Part shown: positions 1 to 9,377 of the stretch, one piece after another
Numbering within the stretch: the first letter of the stretch is position 1
Layout: each line of letters begins with the position of its first letter
NCBI GenBank assembly: GCA_044440125.1
Contig: JBITAJ010000027.1
Coordinates: forward strand, 192,001 to 256,000
Reading direction: 5' to 3'
Origin: Sedimentisphaeraceae bacterium JB056
GTDB taxonomy: Bacteria > Planctomycetota > Phycisphaerae > Sedimentisphaerales > Sedimentisphaeraceae
Length of the DNA stretch: 64,000 bases
Translations under genes and position numbers: made by a program
The notes under the pieces: model-generated
Database searches by the model: none
What the model saw: only the letters and a program-made list of their open reading frames with translations
Told to the model about the DNA's origin: nothing

Positions 1-2
1 AT

Positions 3-1652
3 ATTAAGCTTGAGATAACTATGCCGGAAGGTTTTGAAGTCAGCGGTTTGGGAAGCTCTACTAAATTTGCTGTGCAGCCATCACCTCTTATGGTGCCGGA
101 TGAAATACTGAATGAGAAAAAGGATGGCAAAACGATTGCTGTATTGACCATGCCTTCTTCTCCAGCGGATCAAACAGAAGATAAGTTACACTATTCAAAA
201 GGACAGGCTAAAGCATACCGAATCTCCGTGCTGGTCAATCCTGGAGAAAGTGAGACAGGCAGCTATGATATTACAGCGAAACTTGTCAGAAACAGTGATG
301 GCTCTGAGGTCAGTTTTTCAGGGCAGTTCATCGTTCTTGATGAACTTGCTTCCAAAAGTCCTGAAAGGATGAGGGTTGAGGCTTTCGATTATGCCGGATA
401 TAAGAATCCTGTTTTCAAACAGGCCATTATGGATGCTATAAGCGGAAGTGGAATCAATGTAGTGACCAATATGCGTGTATTTAACTCAGATGATACAATA
501 GCGCAGTTAATGAAAGATAAAGGTGTTAAGCCGAGTCTTATCCTTTTCTGGCATAACATCATACCTGAGATAGCAAAAAAATATCCTGAGGCATACCCTC
601 TTGATAAAGATGGCAACAGAGTTACAAAACCAGATTTTCTTTTGAAGAATAACATATGCCATACTTGGTGTATAAATAACAAAGACAAAGTTAAAGAGAT
701 ACTTAAAGATTATTTTAAAGAAAATGTTGTTGGCAAGTTTACAGCGGTAACCAATGACAATGAGGAAAAAGCATTGGCACGCGACGGTTCATACATTCGC
801 GGCGATGTTTATACTCCTATGACCATTGATGCGTTTAAGGATTTTGCAGGAATCGATAGTGATGAAGTTTTGAATCCTGAAATCATTGTTGAAAAATATC
901 CGCAGAAGTGGGTTGATTTCCGCTGCTGGCAAAGTGCTCAGATGTCTTCTATGATGAGTGAGGCGTTATTTGAGACAGATCCATCTATAGAGTATGGCTA
1001 TTATAGTGGGCATAAATATGTTGGAAATCTTGCCGGCTTTACTAAAAATATGTATGCGACTGACTGGGAAGTCCTTGCTGAGCAGGGCGGAATAATGTTT
1101 GGTTCTTCGGGTTATTATGGAAGTACCGATGATTATTCAGCTACAACAAAAGCACTTGGTTATATTCCGCATATTCCTGCCGAGATGTATATTGAAAATT
1201 TCCTGGATTTCAAACGTGAGATGCCGGAACCGGATAAATTCTCTTACAGGCTGATGAATTCGCTTATGTATGGCAGTGGCGGTTTCGCTGTCTGGTATCT
1301 CCAGGTTCTTGATGGAGCGGCTTATTCGGCGATATCAAATGTTTCGGCTATCGCAGCAGAAATAGAGGATTATATTCTTGATGGTGAAAGATGCGATGAT
1401 CAGATGCTGCTGGCACCAACAATTGATAAGGATGCCGTTTTTGCTTATAAACTCGGTGAGAAGAGAGTCGTTGTTTTTATTAATCATAGCTCAAAGGGTA
1501 AGACAGTACGTTACGGCTGGAAAAAACCTATACCTAAACCTGATACAGTAGAGATTGTATCTGGTAAGAAGTATGCTGATTCAACAACAATATCAGCAAA
1601 TATAAAACCTAAGGGTTATGCAGTTTTTGTTACTTTATCACAAGGTAATTGA
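3..1652 (+). CDS. Hypothetical protein, possibly a glycoside-hydrolase-like enzyme; 5'-truncated by the window edge
   Basis: ORF track gives 21..1652, but the frame is open upstream (ATT AAG CTT GAG ATA ACT ATG), so the gene probably starts before base 1. It lies in a glycan-utilisation cluster. No diagnostic motif recognised. Confidence 0.6.
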   Translation: MKLEITMPEGFEVSGLGSSTKFAVQPSPLMVPDEILNEKKDGKTIAVLTMPSSPADQTEDKLHYSKGQAKAYRISVLVNPGESETGSYDITAKLVRNSDGSEVSFSGQFIVLDELASKSPERMRVEAFDYAGYKNPVFKQAIMDAISGSGINVVTNMRVFNSDDTIAQLMKDKGVKPSLILFWHNIIPEIAKKYPEAYPLDKDGNRVTKPDFLLKNNICHTWCINNKDKVKEILKDYFKENVVGKFTAVTNDNEEKALARDGSYIRGDVYTPMTIDAFKDFAGIDSDEVLNPEIIVEKYPQKWVDFRCWQSAQMSSMMSEALFETDPSIEYGYYSGHKYVGNLAGFTKNMYATDWEVLAEQGGIMFGSSGYYGSTDDYSATTKALGYIPHIPAEMYIENFLDFKREMPEPDKFSYRLMNSLMYGSGGFAVWYLQVLDGAAYSAISNVSAIAAEIEDYILDGERCDDQMLLAPTIDKDAVFAYKLGEKRVVVFINHSSKGKTVRYGWKKPIPKPDTVEIVSGKKYADSTTISANIKPKGYAVFVTLSQGN

Positions 1653-1708
1653 TTGATATAAATTATTGATTTGCCAGAGTGGTTTAGGCAAAGAGGGGAC
1701 TGATAGAT

Positions 1709-2689
1709 ATGATTACAGGTACATTTATAGACGAGATTACACACGATATTCCGTCCTCAAACTGGGGCAGAAAACAATGGATCGATGACTTCAAAGCTAT
1801 GAAAGCTATAGGTATCGACACCGTGATTATAATTCGTAATGGTTACAGGAACGCAACTACTTTTGAGTCCAAGGTGATTAAAAAGTATTGGGGGCAGATG
1901 CTGCCGGTTCCTATCGATCTGCTTGATTTATTTCTTGAACTTGCAGAAATAAATGATATGGATCTGTTCTTTGGTACATACGACAGCGGAAAATATTGGG
2001 TTAATGGCGACTATCAAACAGAAGTCGATATTAACAAGGCTTTCGTTGATGAAGTCATAGAGCGATATGGTGACAGTACATCACTCAGGGGCTGGTACAT
2101 AAGCCATGAGATAGATACTTATAATCCTGACATGATGAGAGTTTACAGAGAACTTGGTGATCATCTCAAATCCCACAAAGATGCTCCTATACTTATTTCT
2201 CCGTATATTCACGGCAAGAAACAGTTTGCTGAGAATCCAACCACTCTTGCCGACCATGAGAAGCAATGGGATAAGGTTTTTGCTGAGATACAGGATTGTG
2301 TTGATATCGTAGCCTTTCAGGATGGTAATGTCGATTACAATGAACTTTGTGATTATCTTGGTGTAAACGCCAGGCTTGCGGCAAAGTATGGTCTTACAAG
2401 CTGGACTAATGTTGAAACATTTGACCGTGATATGCCGATAAAATTCCCGCCTATATCATGGCCTGCTCTTTTGAAAAAGATGCAGTGTGCAACAGAAGCA
2501 GGCGTTGATAAGCAGATTACTTTTGAGTTCTCTCATTTTCTCAGTCCTAATTCTATCTATCCGTCAGCAAGAAATCTGAACAAGCTTTATACTAAATGGC
2601 TTGCTTCGCAGCAGGTTGAAAATGCTGTTTCTCAGAGATATATTACAGCCGAGATAGAATCAAAAGTTAAAATGGGAATAAGAGCTTGA
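1709..2689 (+). CDS. DUF4434-like putative glycoside hydrolase
   Basis: N-terminus ITGTFIDEITHDIPSSNWG..W..DF.AMK.IGIDTVI, plus GWYISHE and AFQDG motifs. Confidence 0.8.
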   Translation: MITGTFIDEITHDIPSSNWGRKQWIDDFKAMKAIGIDTVIIIRNGYRNATTFESKVIKKYWGQMLPVPIDLLDLFLELAEINDMDLFFGTYDSGKYWVNGDYQTEVDINKAFVDEVIERYGDSTSLRGWYISHEIDTYNPDMMRVYRELGDHLKSHKDAPILISPYIHGKKQFAENPTTLADHEKQWDKVFAEIQDCVDIVAFQDGNVDYNELCDYLGVNARLAAKYGLTSWTNVETFDRDMPIKFPPISWPALLKKMQCATEAGVDKQITFEFSHFLSPNSIYPSARNLNKLYTKWLASQQVENAVSQRYITAEIESKVKMGIRA

Positions 2690-2692
2690 TAA

Positions 2693-4207
2693 ATGGGTGA
2701 ATTGAAAAGTCTAAAGACGGCAGATAAAGGTGGAGCGAGAGTTTATTCGATTGATATATTGCGTGGTTTGGCTATTTTGTTCATGGTTCTTTCAAGCCTT
2801 GAGCCATTTGGTAATTTACCTGCGTGGATGTATCATGCTCAAACGCCACCGCCAAATCATGGTTATGATCCTTCAATCCCGGGTTTGACTTGGGTTGATC
2901 TGGTTTTCCCTTTCTTTATATTTTCGATGGGTGCTGCCATTCCTTTTTCTCTTCGTCGCAGATTTGAAAAAGGAATGACAACAGCTCAGGGAATATGGGC
3001 TATGGTTAAACGAGGTTTTATGCTTCTTGGCTTTGCTATCTATGCCCGCCATATAAATCCTTCGACCTTAAGTGCTTCGCCTGACAAGGGGACATATTTG
3101 TTGGCGATATTTATGTTTTTCCTTATGTTCGCGATATGGGGTCGTTTCCCATGGAAGATTTCTGAATCTGTTAAGAGAATCATAAAGTTTGCAGGAATAT
3201 TCATCGCTGCATTTGTTTTCTATATCACTCCATTTAGTGATGGCAGCGGTTTTTCTCTTTTTAGAACCAATATAATTTTGTTTGTCCTTGCCAATCTTGC
3301 GGCAGTAGGAGGAATCATATGGATTATTACAAGAGACAACTTGATTATGCGCGTTGGTGTGCTCGGAATCATGACTGCTATACAGTATTCTTATGCGCAA
3401 GATGGCAACTGGATTCATACTTTTGGAAATGAGTATCAGATACCGTTTCTTGCCGCATTTTTCCAAAACAATGTTGACGCTGAAAATCTTAAATATTTCT
3501 CATGGATATATAATCTAAGTTGGATATTTCAGTGGCGTTTCATGAAGTATCTTTACATAATCATACCGGCCAGTATTGTTGGTGATATGGTTTATGATTC
3601 GCTTAAAAGTTCTTCCGATGCGACAAAAATCAAGCCTGCCCTCAATAATTACCTTGCAGGGGTTCTTATGGTGGTGATATTAGTTGTAACGCTCTGCGGA
3701 TTGCAGGGAAGATATGTCGTACTTACAACTGTTTCAGTAGCGATTTTAATCCTGTTGGGTCTTTATCTCTTTAGGAAGGCGACAGGTTCAAGAGAAATAC
3801 TGCTTTCTAAATTGTTCGGATGGGGTGCGTTTTGGATAATGCTTGGTCTGCTTTTTGAGCCTTCACAAGGCGGTATTAAAAAGGACCCGAGCAATATGAG
3901 CTATTATTTTACAACTGCAGGTCTGGCGATATTTTCGGTGATAGCAATAGAGATATTCTTCGAGACTGCACGGCGAAAAAGAATATTTAATCTGTTTATA
4001 TACAGTGGTCAGAATCCGATGATAGCATATCTTACTACCTCTAATGTTTTGCTGCCTGTGCTTACAATAACATCGCTGCGTTCGGTTGTTTTCAGCATGC
4101 ATGGTTCACATCCATGGGTAGGGTTTGTTATTGGAGTTTCTCTGGTTGTTGTAGTTGGACTTTGGGTGAGCTTGTTCTCACGTAGAAAAATATTTCTTAG
4201 AACATGA
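2693..4207 (+). CDS. DUF5009-like / HGSNAT-like multipass membrane acyltransferase
   Basis: RVYSIDILRG..ILFMVL, PAWMYHAQ.PPP, TWVDLVFPFF.F.MG, GGIKKDP; many TM segments. Confidence 0.8.
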   Translation: MGELKSLKTADKGGARVYSIDILRGLAILFMVLSSLEPFGNLPAWMYHAQTPPPNHGYDPSIPGLTWVDLVFPFFIFSMGAAIPFSLRRRFEKGMTTAQGIWAMVKRGFMLLGFAIYARHINPSTLSASPDKGTYLLAIFMFFLMFAIWGRFPWKISESVKRIIKFAGIFIAAFVFYITPFSDGSGFSLFRTNIILFVLANLAAVGGIIWIITRDNLIMRVGVLGIMTAIQYSYAQDGNWIHTFGNEYQIPFLAAFFQNNVDAENLKYFSWIYNLSWIFQWRFMKYLYIIIPASIVGDMVYDSLKSSSDATKIKPALNNYLAGVLMVVILVVTLCGLQGRYVVLTTVSVAILILLGLYLFRKATGSREILLSKLFGWGAFWIMLGLLFEPSQGGIKKDPSNMSYYFTTAGLAIFSVIAIEIFFETARRKRIFNLFIYSGQNPMIAYLTTSNVLLPVLTITSLRSVVFSMHGSHPWVGFVIGVSLVVVVGLWVSLFSRRKIFLRT

Positions 4208-4225
4208 TGAAAGTAAAAGGGGAAA

Positions 4226-5884
4226 GTGATGAAACGAACAGTGGGGGTATTGATAGTATTGGCAAGCGTTGTAATGGCGGCAGATGTTGTTACTGAGCCA
4301 TTTGTAGGGGTGACACATATTCATCGTACGCTAAGTTCTCCGCGACCATTAAATATCAATATTGTAAAGATCGATCTTGGTGCTGAGGGTATAAGTTTTA
4401 AGTCTACGCCGTCCAATGGTGATGCGGCAGGTGAATCCAATGCGAGCAAGATGACTGATTTTGTAAATGCGCAGGGTGCTCAGATTGGTATCAACTGCGG
4501 GTTCTTCTTTTGGGACAGCAATGCCGGCGGTTATGATGTAATGGGATATGCTGCTTCTGAAGGTGAAGTTTACTCAAAATTTACGGCATGGAGTGACTGG
4601 CCAACGCCTTATGTTTCGCTGAATATATCAAGTACAAATAAGGCTGATATCATTTACCCTTTGCCGAGTTTTCCGATAGGCGGGTATGTGGCTCCATTTG
4701 GAGTGCAGGTTTACAATGCTGTTGCCGGCAGCGAATGGATAGTTAAAGATGGGGTTAATAATGTCAGCAACTGGGATATCAATACGGCTCTCCATCCAAG
4801 GTCTGCTGGCGGTATTACTGCTGACAATCATCTTATTCTGCTTACAGTAGATGGCCGGCAGGAAGGTTTCAGCGAGGGCATGTATGTCAGTGAGGTCGCC
4901 GATCTGCTTATTAGCCTTGGGGCTGTGCAAGGTATAAATTTTGATGGTGGCGGTTCGACTGCTATGGCATTTGCCGATCCATTGCCAAGACTTGTTAACG
5001 TGCCTATAAATGGAGGCGTCGCTTACTCACAGAGAAGTACGCCCAATAACCTTGCCGTTTATGCTATATCAAATACTACTGTACCGGATAGGACTGTGTT
5101 TGTCGATTTTGAAGACGGCAATGAGTCGACATTTGCATATTCACCAGGATATTCCGGCTCTACACTGGGTATAGACACATCTCAATCAACGGCCGAGCCA
5201 ACAACGGATGATTCATGGACAGGTCAGTGGTGCGAGAGATTATTTATAAAGGATGATCCTGCGACAACGGCTGTCGCTGAATATTCGGAAGGCGGATGGT
5301 TTGTCAGGTGGGTTTCAGGTGCAACGGCAAGTCCATCACAGAATATTGCAAAGCCGACTACCGGTTATGTCGGTTTCTGGGCCAAAACATCAAGTGAGAA
5401 TCTTAAAATTTCGATAGTTCTTGATAATGATTCACAAATGGAAAGAGGTCTGCCGATTGATATGCCTGCGGATGGATATTGGCATTGTTATCAGTGGCCA
5501 CTTGAAGATGATAATAGCTGGGAAGGCTGGATAAATGGTGATGGATTAATTACCGGTTCAAGCTTTACTCTCGACAGTATTCAGATATTTGGTCCTGACA
5601 ATGATTGTGAGATTTTTGTTGACACAATATGCCATGATGTGCAAAATACCATAGATGATATTGATGATTGCAGCGGTATCTTGAAGGCAGGTATGGGATT
5701 AGCAGCTGATTTGTCAGGTGATTGCATAGTAAACGGTGATGATCTTGATATTATTGCACAAAATTGGCTTCAGGAAAATTCTGATGCTGATATTATTGTT
5801 TCTTCAGGTAATATAGTAGATCTTCTTGATGTTTCGGCTATTGCTGAGGCTTGGCTTGATTCCAATGATCCTGCAGGTAATTAA
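4226..5884 (+). CDS. Secreted phosphodiester glycosidase (NAGPA/DUF2233-like) with a C-terminal CBM-like domain and dockerin-like repeats
   Basis: Signal peptide; GINCGFF, HPRSAGG, LLTVDGRQ, NFDGGGST motifs; C-terminal ADLSGDCIVNGDDL..A.NWL repeat. Confidence 0.8.
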   Translation: MMKRTVGVLIVLASVVMAADVVTEPFVGVTHIHRTLSSPRPLNINIVKIDLGAEGISFKSTPSNGDAAGESNASKMTDFVNAQGAQIGINCGFFFWDSNAGGYDVMGYAASEGEVYSKFTAWSDWPTPYVSLNISSTNKADIIYPLPSFPIGGYVAPFGVQVYNAVAGSEWIVKDGVNNVSNWDINTALHPRSAGGITADNHLILLTVDGRQEGFSEGMYVSEVADLLISLGAVQGINFDGGGSTAMAFADPLPRLVNVPINGGVAYSQRSTPNNLAVYAISNTTVPDRTVFVDFEDGNESTFAYSPGYSGSTLGIDTSQSTAEPTTDDSWTGQWCERLFIKDDPATTAVAEYSEGGWFVRWVSGATASPSQNIAKPTTGYVGFWAKTSSENLKISIVLDNDSQMERGLPIDMPADGYWHCYQWPLEDDNSWEGWINGDGLITGSSFTLDSIQIFGPDNDCEIFVDTICHDVQNTIDDIDDCSGILKAGMGLAADLSGDCIVNGDDLDIIAQNWLQENSDADIIVSSGNIVDLLDVSAIAEAWLDSNDPAGN

Positions 5885-5904
5885 TATAACAAAGGGTGGT
5901 TGAA

Positions 5905-6843
5905 ATGAAAGACAGATTGGGAAGACGTGATTTTCTGAAAGTATCGGCAGTCTCAATGGCGGGTGTTTTCGGCGGATGTTCACAGCAAATGAGCAATACA
6001 GGAAACGAAGAACCGATTTTGCGTATAGGTGTAGTGGCAGATATTCAATATGCTGACAGAGACCCGGTTTCTCAGTACAACTCATATTACAGACCTTCCA
6101 TTCCAAAGTTTGAAGAATTTGTGGATAAGATGAATTCTGAAAGTTTGGATTTCGTGATTCAACTTGGTGATTTTGCAGACAGGGATGTGAAAAGTTATGA
6201 TAAACTGCTGCCAATCTGGAATAAGCTCAAAGCCCCTAAAAGATCTGTTATTGGCAATCATGATATGGAGGCTGCGGGAAGCTATCCTGTTGTTCTCGAA
6301 AAGCTCGGTCTTGAAAAGCCTTATTATGACTTTGTAGTCAAAAACTGGCGTTTTATTGTAATCGACACAAATGATATCGGTGTTCTGGGCAGTAAGGAAG
6401 GCGATTCCAGACGCGAGAAAGCCTTGCGGTATATAGAACTGATGGAAGAGCTTGGTTATCCTAATGCCCGTGTATGGAACTCTACTGTGAGCGATGAACA
6501 GGTAGAATGGGTTAGAAGCAGGCTTGAACTTGCAAATTCCAATGGAGAGTCCGCTATAGTTTTCGGGCATCATACGATTGTCTCCAATGAGCCGGGTCTT
6601 GATATATGGAATCCCGGCAGGCTCATAAAATGCTTCAGAGATAATGAATCTTTTAAGGCCTATATTTGCGGGCATCATCATGAAGGTTCTTTTGTTAAAA
6701 TTAATGATGACCACTATCTTACAATGAATGCTATGATGTCAACTCCTGATACAAGTGCGTATTCCATAATGGAATTGTATGATGACCGCATAGCTGTAAA
6801 TGGATTTGGACGGCAGCAGGACATGGTGCTGCCTATAAAATAA
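5905..6843 (+). CDS. Tat-exported (lipo)protein metallophosphoesterase, calcineurin-like (ADP-ribose/CDP-alcohol diphosphatase-like)
   Basis: RRDFLK twin-arginine motif, FGGC lipobox-like site, ADIQY, LGDFAD, GNHD, FGHH, GHHH motifs. Confidence 0.85.
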   Translation: MKDRLGRRDFLKVSAVSMAGVFGGCSQQMSNTGNEEPILRIGVVADIQYADRDPVSQYNSYYRPSIPKFEEFVDKMNSESLDFVIQLGDFADRDVKSYDKLLPIWNKLKAPKRSVIGNHDMEAAGSYPVVLEKLGLEKPYYDFVVKNWRFIVIDTNDIGVLGSKEGDSRREKALRYIELMEELGYPNARVWNSTVSDEQVEWVRSRLELANSNGESAIVFGHHTIVSNEPGLDIWNPGRLIKCFRDNESFKAYICGHHHEGSFVKINDDHYLTMNAMMSTPDTSAYSIMELYDDRIAVNGFGRQQDMVLPIK

Positions 6844-6876
6844 ATAAATGGGTGATTTCTAAGAGGATGATGAATA

Positions 6877-8028
6877 ATGAAAACTTTCGAACAGCTGCAG
6901 AAGATTTACAGCGATAATTTGACAAAATCAATAATACCTTTCTGGATGTCTAACTCTCCGGATTGGGATAACGGCGGTACATTTACCTGTCTTGATGATG
7001 ATGGCAGTGTATACGATCCTAAAAAGTATATATGGTTACAGGGCCGAAGCGTATGGATGTTCTGTCGTTTATATAATACACAGGAGAAGAACGAGGAGTA
7101 TTTAAAGATTGCCAAGCTTGGCCTTGATTTTATCGAAAAGAATGCTATTGATTCAAAAGGAAGATACTACTTCAGCCTTATGCCCGATGGTACGCCTTAT
7201 TTCTATCAGAGAAAGGTTTACGGGGCAGTGTTCTGCATGCTTGCCTATCTTGAATATTTTAATGCGACAGGCCAGCAGGAGTATTTCGATAAGTCAGTTG
7301 ACTTGTTCTGGAAGATACGTGACTGGATAAATGATCCTTCATTGCTTGACAGACCTATATTCAAGGGATTACCAAAGACCAGCTCGCTTGCGGATGTTAT
7401 GGTACTTGCCAGCATGGCGATAGAGCTTGCCGCTGTTGATAAACAGCAGGCTTATCTTGATGTAATGGCTGATTCTTTGAAAAATATCGATCGCCATTAT
7501 GATACAGACAAGAATATCCTTATGGAGACAGTAGCTCTTGACGGTACTGATCTGACTAAACTGCCGGAAGGAAGATTCTTTAATCCCGGACATTCGATAG
7601 AGGTAGCATGGTTTATGCTTCATCTTCTTGAATTTTTACCTGATGCGGAAAAAGAAAGCATGGCTTTCGATATCATCAGGGGTTCAATGGATTTCGGCTG
7701 GGATAAGGAATTTGGCGGACTCTACTATTTTATGGATGTAGAAAATAAGCCTACTTTGCAGCTTGAATCGGATATGAAGCTCTGGTGGCCTCATACAGAA
7801 GCGATATATGCATTAGGATTAGCATACAAGAAAACCGGCAGCGAGTTTTGGTTGGATATACTTAATGATGTACATGATTATACATTTGATCATTTTGTTG
7901 ACGAAGAAAACGGCGGCTGGTATGGTTATTGCGACAGACGTGGAAATCTTACGCATACCTCCAAAGGAGGCAATTACAAAGGATTTTTCCATGTGCCGAG
8001 AGCAATGCTTTTAACTTCACAACTTTAA
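6877..8028 (+). CDS. N-acylglucosamine 2-epimerase (AGE family)
   Basis: IPFW...SPD...GG.FTCL, K.IWLQGR, NPGHSIE..WF, KLWWPHTEA, KG.FHVPR motifs. Confidence 0.9.
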   Translation: MKTFEQLQKIYSDNLTKSIIPFWMSNSPDWDNGGTFTCLDDDGSVYDPKKYIWLQGRSVWMFCRLYNTQEKNEEYLKIAKLGLDFIEKNAIDSKGRYYFSLMPDGTPYFYQRKVYGAVFCMLAYLEYFNATGQQEYFDKSVDLFWKIRDWINDPSLLDRPIFKGLPKTSSLADVMVLASMAIELAAVDKQQAYLDVMADSLKNIDRHYDTDKNILMETVALDGTDLTKLPEGRFFNPGHSIEVAWFMLHLLEFLPDAEKESMAFDIIRGSMDFGWDKEFGGLYYFMDVENKPTLQLESDMKLWWPHTEAIYALGLAYKKTGSEFWLDILNDVHDYTFDHFVDEENGGWYGYCDRRGNLTHTSKGGNYKGFFHVPRAMLLTSQL

Positions 8029-8054
8029 CATAATTGATTTATAGAGAGAGACCG

Positions 8055-9158
8055 ATGAAAAGAATTAAATTAATGGTTTGCCTGTTATTTCTGGCAGGAG
8101 TTGTTATGTCTGAAGCAAAAGAATTGAAATGGATTGATGTTTCAAATGATAAGTCTGTTGAAGTTGATGGCCTTGCCTGGTTTGAACAGAATGAAGGTAA
8201 GTTTATAAGGCTGCCGCTTGAAAGGAAAGATGAGATTACCAAGACAGCCTGGTGGATGAGTCTTTGTCCAAGTACGGCAAGGGTTCGTTTTAAGACAGAT
8301 TCTACAACGCTGAGGGTTAAGGTAGATCATGGAATGGCTGACCCTTCAAGAATTGCGATGTGGCATATGAGTTCTGTTGCTGTTAGCGGTATTGACCTCT
8401 ATATTGGAGAACCCGGCAACAGAGATTTCTGGAGAACCACGCATCCTAAAGAGGGAAACGGCGAATATGAGCATGTTTATTTTAAGGGATTAAATAAGGA
8501 AATGAGGGAGTTTACAATGTATCTTCCTTCATATTCAGAGCTTAAGAGTCTAAAGATAGGATTCGATGAGGATTGTCAGATACTTGAGCCTACTGCTTAT
8601 CAGATACAGAAGCCTATAACTGTTTACGGCACATCAATCACGCAGAGCGGCTGTTCATCAAGAGGTTCGAATGGGTATGTCGCATTGCTTGAAAGAAGGC
8701 TCAATGCGGATGTTGTTAATCTTGGCTTTTCCGGCAGCGGTTGTGGTGAACCTGTAATGGCTGAGCTTATGACACAGATTGATGCTTCAGTATATATTGT
8801 TGATTCTGTAGCCAACATGGAAACAGACCTTATGGATCAGAGATATGAAAAGTTCGTAAGGATACTTAGAGAAAAACGTCCTGAGATTCCGGTTATCCTA
8901 ATGACTAAGATACATTTTGCTTTTGAGATAGATCCTGATGCCAGAGCAGGTTATGATCGCCAGCATAAGGCTTTATTTGCAACGTATAAGAAGCTTAAAG
9001 AAGAGGGCGATGACAATGTGTATCTTTTTGATACGGGGCAGATCATCAAGCCCGGCGGTGACCATCCGACAGTTGACGGCATACATATGACTGATGTAGG
9101 ATATCAGATGGTGGCTAAAGAGCTTGTACCATTTGTAAAGGAGATAATAGAAGAATAA
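8055..9158 (+). CDS. Secreted SGNH/GDSL hydrolase (GxDLY N-terminal domain), putative carbohydrate esterase
   Basis: Signal peptide; SGIDLY, YGTSITQ, NLGFSG.G, DGIH motifs. Confidence 0.85.
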   Translation: MKRIKLMVCLLFLAGVVMSEAKELKWIDVSNDKSVEVDGLAWFEQNEGKFIRLPLERKDEITKTAWWMSLCPSTARVRFKTDSTTLRVKVDHGMADPSRIAMWHMSSVAVSGIDLYIGEPGNRDFWRTTHPKEGNGEYEHVYFKGLNKEMREFTMYLPSYSELKSLKIGFDEDCQILEPTAYQIQKPITVYGTSITQSGCSSRGSNGYVALLERRLNADVVNLGFSGSGCGEPVMAELMTQIDASVYIVDSVANMETDLMDQRYEKFVRILREKRPEIPVILMTKIHFAFEIDPDARAGYDRQHKALFATYKKLKEEGDDNVYLFDTGQIIKPGGDHPTVDGIHMTDVGYQMVAKELVPFVKEIIEE

Positions 9159-9212
9159 ATTAACAGCTTTGATTAACAAGGCTGATTATAGAGTTTCAAT
9201 CATCCTCCATGT

Positions 9213-9253
9213 AGCAGCAGACCTGATGCGTTCGGGTTTGCTGCTTTATTTTT
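9213..9253 (+). terminator. Rho-independent terminator ending the glycan cluster
   Basis: AGCAGCAGACCTGA/TCGGGTTTGCTGCT stem followed by a T-rich tract. Confidence 0.75.
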
Positions 9254-9377
9254 ATCTTGTATTTGGCGGTCTTTTTGTTAAACTTTGCGACTGTTTTTAT
9301 AATTGCCAATATCTGTTTAATGTTGGCGAGAATTAGTGATAATTTGTTTTAATTACTGGACTTAAGAAATAAAGCTT

